Positions 1-10,271 are shown, counted from the first letter of the stretch. The stretch is DNA of 41,622 nucleotides from Pseudomonadota bacterium (GCA_043718025.1 JAYSWN010000024.1:1-41622); one strand, 5' to 3'. Numbers and translations are program-made. The notes: a model not told the origin generated them from the sequence alone.

Positions 1-764
1 CCCGGCTCCTCCCGAACAATAGAACGGTAACGACCCAATAGCGCATTGAAGAGTGATGACTTTCCTGCGTTTGGAGCCCCCGCGAGTACAATTCGAGGCT
101 CATTTCCGATTGATTTGAGGCTTGAGTACCTATGGATAATCGCTGAGCACTCACTTTTGGCTAGCCTAAGTGGCGCATGAATAGCCGATAAGACATGCGA
201 GTACTCTTCAGAAAAATCGATCGAGGTCTCTAAGATTGCCCGAAGCCGAATTAAATGGCCCCTAATCGAGTCAATATCAGCCGCAATCGTTGAATCACGT
301 CTTCTGTAGATGTGATTTAAGTCATGGGGACGAGAAGCTTGAAAGAGATCACCCAACTCATCGATTTTGTCGGGCGTGATTTTTCCGTTTATCAACGCAC
401 GGTAGGTAAACTCTCCCTTTTCTGCGGGTCGAGCGCCGAGCTCCAGCAAATCTTTTTCTAATGATTCCACGATGGCTCGAGAACCATGGCAGTGGATCTC
501 AATACTGTCCTCACCGGTATGAGAGTGGGGTGAGACAAAACTGAGCAATAGCACCTCGTCCCGAAAGGCTCCTCGATAATCCATTAAGCTTCCAAACCAC
601 ATCTTACGAATGGGAATGAAAGGCTCATGGCCGGCGGGCCGAAACAACTTTTGGGCGATGGTGAAAGAGAGGGGACCTGAAATTTTTTCAACAGCGACCG
701 CGCTAGGTAGTCGACCGCTGGCTAAAGAAAAAATGGTGTCGTTAGTCTGTAAGTTTTTTCTCAC
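1..764 (-). CDS. mnmE: tRNA modification GTPase MnmE/TrmE, 5' part (runs off the left edge)
   Basis: Not in the ORF track. Manual translation from GTG at 764 gives MRKNLQTNDTIFSLASGRLPSAVAV..., PHSHTGEDSIEIHCHGS, GARPAEKGEFTYRALINGK and the P-loop IVLAGAPNAGKSSLFNALL. Canonical position after yidC. Confidence 0.93.
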   Translation of the reverse strand, partial: MRKNLQTNDTIFSLASGRLPSAVAVEKISGPLSFTIAQKLFRPAGHEPFIPIRKMWFGSLMDYRGAFRDEVLLLSFVSPHSHTGEDSIEIHCHGSRAIVESLEKDLLELGARPAEKGEFTYRALINGKITPDKIDELGDLFQASRPHDLNHIYRRRDSTIAADIDSIRGHLIRLRAILETSIDFSEEYSHVLSAIHAPLRLAKSECSAIIHRYSSLKSIGNEPRIVLAGAPNAGKSSLFNALLGRYRSIVREEP

Positions 765-771
765 ACGGCCA

Positions 772-2400
772 TCACGATGATGATGAAGTCACTTTAGTTA
801 GCCCGGGTGTCGTATTCTTTTCCTTGTTCATCCAAACCTGTTGGGTAATTCCCAACACGGTACTTAAAAAGATATAAACCGTAAGACCTGAGGGTAGATT
901 CAACATGATGAAAGTAAACACCACCGGCATGAGGTACATCATCTTTGCCTGCATGGGATCCATACCCGGAGTTGGTGTCATTCTTTGCTGAACTAACATG
1001 GAAAGACCCATTAAAACTGGAAATACAAAATATGGGTCTTTCGCGGAAAGATCATGAATCCATCCAAAAAATGGGGCATGAAAAAGTTCAATAGAATTCC
1101 CAAGTACCGCGTACAGAGCAATGAAGACCGGAAGCTGGACAAGCATGGGCAAACAACCCCCAAGCGGATTCACCTTGTTGGCCTTAAAGAGAGCCATCTG
1201 CTCTTGGTTGAAACGTTGCGAATCGTCTTTATATTTCTCTTTCAGCGCCGCAATCTGGGGCTGGAGCTTTTGCATAGACTTCATCGAGGCATAGCTCTTC
1301 ATTTGCAATGGAGCGAAGAGAAGCCGGACCAGTAAAGTCAGCAAGATAATAGCAACGCCGTAGTTGTGAATCAGCTTGTAAAAGAAACGTAGTATCTCGA
1401 GCATCGGGAAAGCGAAAAACGAAAAGGTTCCGTAATCGATGAGCCGTTTTAAGCCGGTGGTTTTGCCCAGTTCTTCGTATTCCTTCGGACCAGAATAAAG
1501 CTCCGTCTCCAAAACGATCTCTTTTTCACCGTCTTTCAAAACCAACGGATAGCGCAGATAGCCGCCTGCAAAATCTGGGTTCTTCAAAAAAATAATGTCC
1601 GGGTTGATACCCGCTTTATGAATCACCGCGTTAGCAAAGTATCGGTTTCCAAAAGCGACCCACTGGGTGGTTCCCTGATGCACCGTTTCACCGGTGTGAC
1701 CCTCCAGCTTTTCCCGTTTTATGGAGTCGTTGAAGTATCCCGCCACTTCCCAAGCCCTAAGCGGATTCTCTTCGCTATAGGTTAGATTTCTTCCTCCTAC
1801 TGGCAGATATAAAAAACCGCGGTCTTTCTTACGGTCACCATCGGGAAATGAAATCTGGATTCGCTGATTCATCCGGTAGCGTGACTCACCCCAAGTATAA
1901 GTCTTGGTAACTTCGATCTCTTTGCCCCGGTGCTGAAAACGCACAAGATTGGCCTCGCGCGTCACTTGATACTTGGCGTCATTTATGCCGTCGTAAGCAG
2001 CTCCCGTGAACAACGAGGAGAAGAGCAGAGGAAACTGATCGGGATTTAAAAGAGAGATGGGCTTCGCGTCTTTTTTTATCGATTCTTTGTAATAGGACAA
2101 AGTGTTTTCAGCAGGCTTACCACCTAGGGCAGAAAACAGACCTTGCGATGCCGGAGTTTTAAAAATCAGTTCTGGATCTGGGTTAAAGGAATGCACCCAC
2201 AGGCTAGTGCTTTTTGACTCTACGGCGCTGGGCATTAAACTGGTGTTCGCAGCATTTGTTGACGCAGCCGGTGATGACGCCGGCGCATTTTCTTGACTCA
2301 CTGTTTCCGAAGGTGGCACCATCGGTGGCGCGAACCACTTCAAGTACCCAAACCAAATTAAGCACGAAACCGCTACTGCGATCCAAGTCTTGTTAGCCAT
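772..2400 (-). CDS. yidC: Membrane protein insertase YidC
   Basis: N-terminal TM, periplasmic domain, NYGVAIILLTLLVR, NPLGGCLPMLVQLPVF, WIHDLSAKDPY. Start set at ATG 2400 (MANKTW), which overlaps the yidD stop (TAATG); the ORF track extends to 2454. Confidence 0.95.
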   Translation of the reverse strand: MANKTWIAVAVSCLIWFGYLKWFAPPMVPPSETVSQENAPASSPAASTNAANTSLMPSAVESKSTSLWVHSFNPDPELIFKTPASQGLFSALGGKPAENTLSYYKESIKKDAKPISLLNPDQFPLLFSSLFTGAAYDGINDAKYQVTREANLVRFQHRGKEIEVTKTYTWGESRYRMNQRIQISFPDGDRKKDRGFLYLPVGGRNLTYSEENPLRAWEVAGYFNDSIKREKLEGHTGETVHQGTTQWVAFGNRYFANAVIHKAGINPDIIFLKNPDFAGGYLRYPLVLKDGEKEIVLETELYSGPKEYEELGKTTGLKRLIDYGTFSFFAFPMLEILRFFYKLIHNYGVAIILLTLLVRLLFAPLQMKSYASMKSMQKLQPQIAALKEKYKDDSQRFNQEQMALFKANKVNPLGGCLPMLVQLPVFIALYAVLGNSIELFHAPFFGWIHDLSAKDPYFVFPVLMGLSMLVQQRMTPTPGMDPMQAKMMYLMPVVFTFIMLNLPSGLTVYIFLSTVLGITQQVWMNKEKNTTPGLTKVTSSSS

Positions 2401-2657
2401 TAGGACTTTACCTCCGGGACCGGATCCCAACCCGAGTTTCCCCAAGGATGGCATCGACCCAGGCGTTTTAAAGAAAGGACCAAACCTTTTCTCACGCCAA
2501 GTTTCAAAAATACGTCGGCAACATACTGGGAGCAGGTCGGTTGAAACCGACAGGCAGGACCCTGACCCACCAAGAGATGGATGCCACGTGACAGAATAAG
2601 AAAGAAAAAACGGGTGCCGCTACGCAGAAGACTACTTAGACCGTTGGCGAACGACAT
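2400..2657 (-). CDS. yidD: Membrane protein insertion efficiency factor YidD
   Basis: [10 protein letters not shown] and [17 protein letters not shown] motifs; lies between rnpA and yidC. Start uncertain (2657 or 2672). Confidence 0.88.
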   Translation of the reverse strand: MSFANGLSSLLRSGTRFFFLILSRGIHLLVGQGPACRFQPTCSQYVADVFLKLGVRKGLVLSLKRLGRCHPWGNSGWDPVPEVKS

Positions 2658-2997
2658 TCGAAAATTTTCCAAAAAGGGCTTCCATGTCTTTTAGCCCCAT
2701 CGTCGGCCAAACGTCGGCTAGTTTAGACCGGCCGATCACGTTTACATCAAGGCCAGCGAACTGCTCTCTATGTAATCGAAATGTTTCTCTAATTAGACGC
2801 TTAACGCGATTTCGCGCGATGGCATCTTTCAGAACTCGACGGCTCAGAGTTACCCCTAAGCGCCCCGAACCGGTACGCCGATAGGCGAAGACAAAGTTAC
2901 GATCAAAAAAGGCTTCTTCTTTCAGAGACAAAAAGTCCGACCGTTTCAGAATGCGCGAAGCCTTCGGAAACTTATGACTTTCTGCTGCTAAAATCAT
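2632..2997 (-). CDS. rnpA: Ribonuclease P protein component
   Basis: [22 protein letters not shown] and the RNR motif ([11 protein letters not shown]); ATGA overlap with the rpmH stop. Confidence 0.93.
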   Translation of the reverse strand: MILAAESHKFPKASRILKRSDFLSLKEEAFFDRNFVFAYRRTGSGRLGVTLSRRVLKDAIARNRVKRLIRETFRLHREQFAGLDVNVIGRSKLADVWPTMGLKDMEALFGKFSNVVRQRSK

Positions 2998-3143
2998 TTG
3001 CCCCCGGTGGTGACCGTTAACCGCTTACGACCCTTTTGACGACGGCGACTCAGAATTAACTGGCCATCCCGACGCTGCATGCGCTTACGAAATCCATGGG
3101 TGCGCTTACGTTTCACGCGGCTTGGCTGATAAGTACGTTTCAC
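2994..3143 (-). CDS. rpmH: 50S ribosomal protein L34
   Basis: Below the ORF-track cutoff. GTG start gives [49 protein letters not shown] (49 aa), with AGGAAGG upstream; divergent from dnaA. Confidence 0.96.
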   Translation of the reverse strand: MKRTYQPSRVKRKRTHGFRKRMQRRDGQLILSRRRQKGRKRLTVTTGGK

Positions 3144-3386
3144 AAAGAACCTTCCTATAATTGTTCGAAAAAACTCCCGGATAGTAAGCCAATGTTGAAG
3201 AGCGAGTCAAACCTTTTGGCTTGGCGCGGCGATCCAAGGGCTCCGCTAACCATAAAGTCCTGCCGCATTAAAACAAGTGGGATATTGGGAAGTTACTGAA
3301 TTGCCAAAAGAGGGGGGCTTTGTTACCCCATTGGACTCATCCCGCCCATTTATACGGCAGCAGGATTTTTTAAGCGGTGACCACAA

Positions 3387-4688
3387 ATGGACGATAGCCT
3401 CTGGGCTCGAATTTGCGACAATTTACAGACTCGGTTGCCGTCCCATGTCTACCATTCGCTTGTCGAAACAGCTGACTTCGAGCTCGACGAAAAAGGTAGT
3501 TTCAATCTTAGGTTTGGGGATCACTTTTCCAAAGAGAGTTTTGAAGAAAAGTGTCTCTCCACCCTAAAAGAAACGCTCGCTGAATTTTCGCTCGGTACCA
3601 AAAATATAAATCTGCTCGTAAAGGAGTCGGGAACGGCCAACCCGCAAATTGAATTTAATGTTCGAAGTATTAACCCCTTCGACAGCAAGTACACTTTTGA
3701 AACTTATGTAACCGGTAGCAACAATCAGTTTGCCCATGCTGCCTGTTTTGCGGTCTCAAATAAACCGGGCCATTGCTACAACCCTCTTTTCATTTTTGGT
3801 GGAGCCGGTCTTGGAAAAACTCATTTGCTCAAGGCAATTGGCCACGAGATTTTTCTACGTCAGAGCCATTTAAAAATTCTTTTTCTAACCAGCGAAAGTT
3901 TTACCAATGAGTTGATCCAAGCACTTCGTGTGGATCGGATGCGGGAATTCCGCGAAAAATACCGAAACCGCTGCGACGTATTATTGTTGGACGATGTGCA
4001 TTTTTTAGCCGGTAAAGAGCGGACTCAAGAAGAGTTTTTCTACACTTTTAATTATCTTCACGAGGCCGGAAAACAGATTGTAGTTACTTCAGATCGCTAC
4101 CCAAAAGACATTCAAGGGTTAGAAAATCGTCTGCAAACCAGGTTTGAATGGGGCCTTGTCGCCGATGTGCAACCGCCCGAAATTGAAACTCGAATTGCCA
4201 TTTTAAAGAACAAGGCCGAGACCGAAAACATTCGGCTTCCCGATGATGTGGCGCATTTTATTGCTTCCCATATTACTACGAATATTCGGGAACTAGAGGG
4301 ATCCCTACACCGGCTCCAAGCCTACGCTTCGCTTACCGGCGTGCCGATTTCCGTCGATTTGTGTCAAATGATTTTGAAAGACATCATTCCGAAAACAAAG
4401 CATTCCCTGAGTGCCGACGGAATTCTAAAAATCGTAGCGCTGAATTTTAGTTTGAAGGTGACCGACCTCAAATCAGAAAAACGCACCCGTAAAATGACCA
4501 TTCCCCGGCAAATTTGCATGTATCTCATGCGAAAGCACCTACTGCTTTCTTATCCTGAAATCGGTAAACTAATGGGCGGAAAAGACCACACCACCGTTAT
4601 GCACGCAGTTTCCAAAATCGCTGAAATCCAGCGCACCGACCCTGAAATTTTTGACAATATAAATAAAATAGAAACTCTGTTCCGCTAG
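3387..4688 (+). CDS. dnaA: Chromosomal replication initiator DnaA
   Basis: YNPLFIFGGAGLGKTHL (Walker A), LLLDDVHF (Walker B), NIRELEG, and the domain IV signature GGKDHTTVMHA. Confidence 0.98.
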   Translation: MDDSLWARICDNLQTRLPSHVYHSLVETADFELDEKGSFNLRFGDHFSKESFEEKCLSTLKETLAEFSLGTKNINLLVKESGTANPQIEFNVRSINPFDSKYTFETYVTGSNNQFAHAACFAVSNKPGHCYNPLFIFGGAGLGKTHLLKAIGHEIFLRQSHLKILFLTSESFTNELIQALRVDRMREFREKYRNRCDVLLLDDVHFLAGKERTQEEFFYTFNYLHEAGKQIVVTSDRYPKDIQGLENRLQTRFEWGLVADVQPPEIETRIAILKNKAETENIRLPDDVAHFIASHITTNIRELEGSLHRLQAYASLTGVPISVDLCQMILKDIIPKTKHSLSADGILKIVALNFSLKVTDLKSEKRTRKMTIPRQICMYLMRKHLLLSYPEIGKLMGGKDHTTVMHAVSKIAEIQRTDPEIFDNINKIETLFR

Positions 4689-4707
4689 ACGGAATGAACC
4701 GCCAGCA

Positions 4708-4716
4708 CTAGGTTGC
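4708..4716 (+). repeat. 9-bp direct repeat CTAGGTTGC, left copy
   Basis: An identical 9-mer occurs at 6373-6381; the pair brackets the glycosyltransferase gene. Confidence 0.5.
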
Positions 4717-4720
4717 TCCG

Positions 4721-6283
4721 ATGTCGTCGAACGGCTTAGCTCAAAAGTCCGCAGCGGTTTCTGCCTATTTTCCCGGTCTCTCACGAAGGACGATCTACTT
4801 TTGCTTTGGCTTAAGCCTGCTTTTACATCTGATCGCCGCTTTTTTCAGCGAGGGTTATCAAAATCACGATGAGCATTTTCGCATTCTCGAGATGATGCAT
4901 CGACGTCTGCTGGCGCCCATGGCCACAGATACGCTTGAACGCTGCCCTGAATGCCTGATGTTCTCATTTTTTCAACCCGCCACCCTTGGCCTGGCGGTAA
5001 AAGGGCTAACTCTTTTCGGCATCACAAACCCCTTCACTCTGGCCACCATTTTTAGATTCTTTTCGGCACTACTCGGTTGGGTGAGCCTCATTGCCGTTGC
5101 TTATTCTTTAGCCTTTTGGGTTCGTGACGTGACGACGCGGCGCCATTCTCTCTACGCACTCTGTTTTGTCTGGTTTTTTCCCTATCTTCACGCTCGCCCC
5201 TCGCCTGAAAGTTGGGCGGGAAGCTTCTTTTTTATCTCGCTAGGGCTAATGCATTTTGTAATCGAGCGCGGAAAAAATTCCGGAGCAAAAAAACCGTTCA
5301 TTCATGAAATTTTAGTCGGCGGACTATGGGCATTTGCCTTCAGCTGCCGCTACCAAATGGGCGTCGTCATCTTGTTCGTAGCGCTTTGGTATCTATTTTT
5401 GGGTAGGGCCGACGGGTCCAAGCGTTGGTGGAGTTTCGCAAGAATGTGTTTCGGGTTCTTACTCGTTGCGTTGGCCGTCGAAGGCATCAACACCTGGGGC
5501 TACGGTTTCTGGTACCCGACGCACTGGAATTATCTCGACCGTCTCGTTTTCAAAGGCGGAGTCCTTCATCAATTTGCTTCCGGACGATGGTTTTATTTCA
5601 GAGAAGTCTTTTTGCAAGGGGGACCGCCCTTTAGCATCCTGCTCATTGCCGGCACAATCTTAGGATGGATTCTATTTCCGCGGCACGTACTCACCTGGGT
5701 TACCGCTTCCTTCTTCGTGGTCCATCAGATCATGGCCCACAAACAGATAAATTATCTATTCCCTGTGGCAAAAGGCGCGGTGGTGCTTTCAGTCATGAGC
5801 CTAAATGAAATTTACTGCTGGCTAAAAAGCCTGCGAGTTAAATCGGCGCTGGTACGCCTTAGACCGTATGCCGTGGGAATGAATTTTGCGCTCCTTTTTC
5901 TTGCCTGCGTTTTCCCATCGTCGACAGTCATCGGCGTTTATAAATACCTTTACGCCCAACAACGCCCTATTTCACTGCTTAGCGTCGATGGAGACTGCTT
6001 CGAAGTGGTTGGTTTTCCGATCACTTTTTACCGGCGTGCCGGAACCGAAGTGAAAAAATTTCCAGACTATTTCCAGCTCGAATCTGCAGTTGGCGCCTCA
6101 ACGGAAATCAGTTGGATTGGAAGAAAAGGGCTGTCTTTGCCGAAAGAGGCAGAAAAGCTGCAACGGTGGTGCAAATTAACTTACGCACCTTTTCCAAATT
6201 GGGTCACCCAATTGAATTTCAATGGCTGGATCGAGCGCAGCCGAATCTGGAGCATCTATCAATGCCAGAAGCCCCAAAGTTAG
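4721..6283 (+). CDS. Polytopic GT-C glycosyltransferase, ALG9/PIG-B (GT22)-like mannosyltransferase
   Basis: Many hydrophobic segments. First-loop motif SEGYQNHDEHFRILE resembles PIG-B PDExxQxLE; HKQINYLFP resembles HKExRFLxP. Confidence 0.7.
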   Translation: MSSNGLAQKSAAVSAYFPGLSRRTIYFCFGLSLLLHLIAAFFSEGYQNHDEHFRILEMMHRRLLAPMATDTLERCPECLMFSFFQPATLGLAVKGLTLFGITNPFTLATIFRFFSALLGWVSLIAVAYSLAFWVRDVTTRRHSLYALCFVWFFPYLHARPSPESWAGSFFFISLGLMHFVIERGKNSGAKKPFIHEILVGGLWAFAFSCRYQMGVVILFVALWYLFLGRADGSKRWWSFARMCFGFLLVALAVEGINTWGYGFWYPTHWNYLDRLVFKGGVLHQFASGRWFYFREVFLQGGPPFSILLIAGTILGWILFPRHVLTWVTASFFVVHQIMAHKQINYLFPVAKGAVVLSVMSLNEIYCWLKSLRVKSALVRLRPYAVGMNFALLFLACVFPSSTVIGVYKYLYAQQRPISLLSVDGDCFEVVGFPITFYRRAGTEVKKFPDYFQLESAVGASTEISWIGRKGLSLPKEAEKLQRWCKLTYAPFPNWVTQLNFNGWIERSRIWSIYQCQKPQS

Positions 6284-6372
6284 AACTTCACTAACGTTCA
6301 GACAATAAATACCAAGAGCCTATGACGCGGCTGAAGATCCGATCTGATCGCGGTTTTCCAGATCACCCTACG

Positions 6373-6381
6373 CTAGGTTGC
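6373..6381 (+). repeat. 9-bp direct repeat CTAGGTTGC, right copy
   Basis: Identical to 4708-4716. Confidence 0.5.
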
Positions 6382-6421
6382 CATACATGCAGTTTGATGT
6401 AGCGTATGGGAAGATCGTGCA

Positions 6422-6486
6422 TGTTAATAACTTGTTGATAACTCTGTTGATACGTTGTTGATAAGGTGTTGATAACTTGTTGATAA
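6422..6486 (-). promoter_or_regulatory. Array of six DnaA-box-like 9-mers at about 11-bp period
   Basis: On the plus strand: TGTTAATAA, TGTTGATAA, TGTTGATAC, TGTTGATAA, TGTTGATAA, TGTTGATAA, with start-to-start spacing 11, 12, 11, 11, 11. Confidence 0.85.
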
Positions 6487-6490
6487 CTAG

Positions 6491-6543
6491 TTATCCCCAG
6501 TTTTGGAAAGTTATCCACAGCGCTGTCCACAGGGTTATCCACA
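6491..6543 (+). promoter_or_regulatory. Four DnaA boxes (two perfect TTATCCACA)
   Basis: TTATCCCCA 6491-6499, TTATCCACA 6511-6519, CTGTCCACA 6523-6531, TTATCCACA 6535-6543. Confidence 0.9.
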
Positions 6544-6578
6544 GGGGTTTCCTTAACAAAAACGAGCGCTTAACTGAG

Positions 6579-6650
6579 TTATCAACTTATCAACAGTGCT
6601 AATTACTACTACTATAAGATCTAGTATTACTCTTTATTAAAAGAATAGAG
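6579..6650 (+). promoter_or_regulatory. Basal unwinding element: tandem DnaA boxes, DnaA-trios and AT-rich DUE
   Basis: TTATCAACTTATCAACA, spacer GTGCTAAT, TAC-TAC-TAC-TAT (6604-6615; complement of 3'-GAT-5' trios), then AAGATCTAGTATTACTCTTTATTAAAAGAATA. Confidence 0.8.
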
Positions 6651-6669
6651 AGAGAACGAAGGACCGAGG

Positions 6670-7821
6670 ATGAAACTAGTCATCTCAAAAACAAACCTGC
6701 AGCTAGGGTTGCAAAGAGTACAAAATGTGGTGGAACGACGGACCACCATGCCCATCCTCTCTAATGCCCTACTTAAGGCAGAGGAAGGCGTGCTTACGGT
6801 TTCAGCTACCGACCTTGAGGTAGGAATTCAAAGTATTCTCAAAGCTCAGGTCTCAGAAACGGGATCTCTCACCGTTCGCGCCAGGAGCCTCCTAGACATC
6901 GTTCGAGAACTTCCTGAGACCGATGCCATAGCTATCCAAACAAAAGAGAACTCACGGCTTGAATTGAAGGCCAATCGGTCGGTTTTCAACATCGTTGGGA
7001 TGCCCGCTGAAGATTTTCCAGAAATACCGGGCTTTGCGTCCGATGAAGGGCAAAGTTTTGTGCGGATGAACGGCACGGCCATCATCTCGATGCTAGAAAA
7101 AACATTATACGCCGCGTCTTCTGACGAAGCGCGTTACCACCTCAACGGCGTTTTTTTTGAGACGCTAGAAGTCAAAGAAGAGGCAGGTACTAAAAAAGTA
7201 TTTCGTATGGTGGCAACCGATGCCCATCGGCTTTCGTTGGTTGACCACAGCCAAGCTATTTTTGATGAAAAGGCGTGGGGGCTTTTTGAAGAAGGCATCA
7301 TCGTGCCTCGCAAAGGGCTAAACGAGCTGCGCCGCCTCTTGGCGGAAGAGAAGGAAGATTTTTTTGTCTCGGTAAAAGGAAAGATGCTTTTGGTGCGCCG
7401 AGAAAACATTTTTATCTCCATGCGTCTCATTGAAGGAAAGTACGCTGATTACCGCCGAATCATTCCTGAAAATTCTCAAAATGCCGTGCACTTAGACCGT
7501 GAATCCTTCCTGGCCTCGCTTAAGCGAATTTCTTTGATGTCGTCTGATAAATCACGTAGTGTGACGTTCAGTTTGAGTCCAGGTCTCTTGCAATTATCGA
7601 GTCAAAGCCCAGAGCTTGGTGACGCTAGCGAAGACATCAGTATCGATTACGAAGGAGAGCCGTTGAAAATCGGATTTAACTCTCGTTATCTAATCGACGC
7701 GGTTTCAACGATAGAGGGAGAAAAAGTCCTTCTTGAGCTTCGCGGGAAACAAAACCCAGGCGTCATTCGTTCTTCTCAAGGGGCGAATCACACCAGTGTC
7801 ATCATGCCGATGAGAATCTGA
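6670..7821 (+). CDS. dnaN: DNA polymerase III beta sliding clamp
   Basis: TTMPILSN, SATDLEV, MVATDAHRL, GFNSRYLID, C-terminal VIMPMRI. Confidence 0.98.
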   Translation: MKLVISKTNLQLGLQRVQNVVERRTTMPILSNALLKAEEGVLTVSATDLEVGIQSILKAQVSETGSLTVRARSLLDIVRELPETDAIAIQTKENSRLELKANRSVFNIVGMPAEDFPEIPGFASDEGQSFVRMNGTAIISMLEKTLYAASSDEARYHLNGVFFETLEVKEEAGTKKVFRMVATDAHRLSLVDHSQAIFDEKAWGLFEEGIIVPRKGLNELRRLLAEEKEDFFVSVKGKMLLVRRENIFISMRLIEGKYADYRRIIPENSQNAVHLDRESFLASLKRISLMSSDKSRSVTFSLSPGLLQLSSQSPELGDASEDISIDYEGEPLKIGFNSRYLIDAVSTIEGEKVLLELRGKQNPGVIRSSQGANHTSVIMPMRI

Positions 7822-7838
7822 TTCCGGAGTGTAGTTAA

Positions 7839-10268
<2,430 letters not shown>

Positions 10269-10271
10269 AAA

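Larger units (their letters stand above)
6420..6660. other. Chromosomal replication origin oriC
   Basis: Non-coding region upstream of dnaN. Six minus-strand TTATCAACA-type boxes (6422, 6433, 6445, 6456, 6467, 6478). Plus-strand TTATCCCCA 6491, TTATCCACA 6511, CTGTCCACA 6523, TTATCCACA 6535. Tandem TTATCAACT/TTATCAACA 6579-6595, then TACTACTACTAT and an AT-rich tract. Confidence 0.93.

Noticed and set aside
3107..3143. Direct repeat TACGTTTCAC (parS half-site-like)
   Set aside because: Lies inside rpmH and is explained by repeated GTG-AAA-CGT codons.
4689..6420. GT gene as an integron cassette or IS cargo
   Set aside because: No RYYYAAC...GTTRRRY attC pair, terminal inverted repeats, integrase or transposase seen.
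6422..6486. Periodic repeat as a CRISPR array
   Set aside because: Units are 9 bp with 2-3 bp spacers, there are no cas genes, and DnaA boxes explain it.
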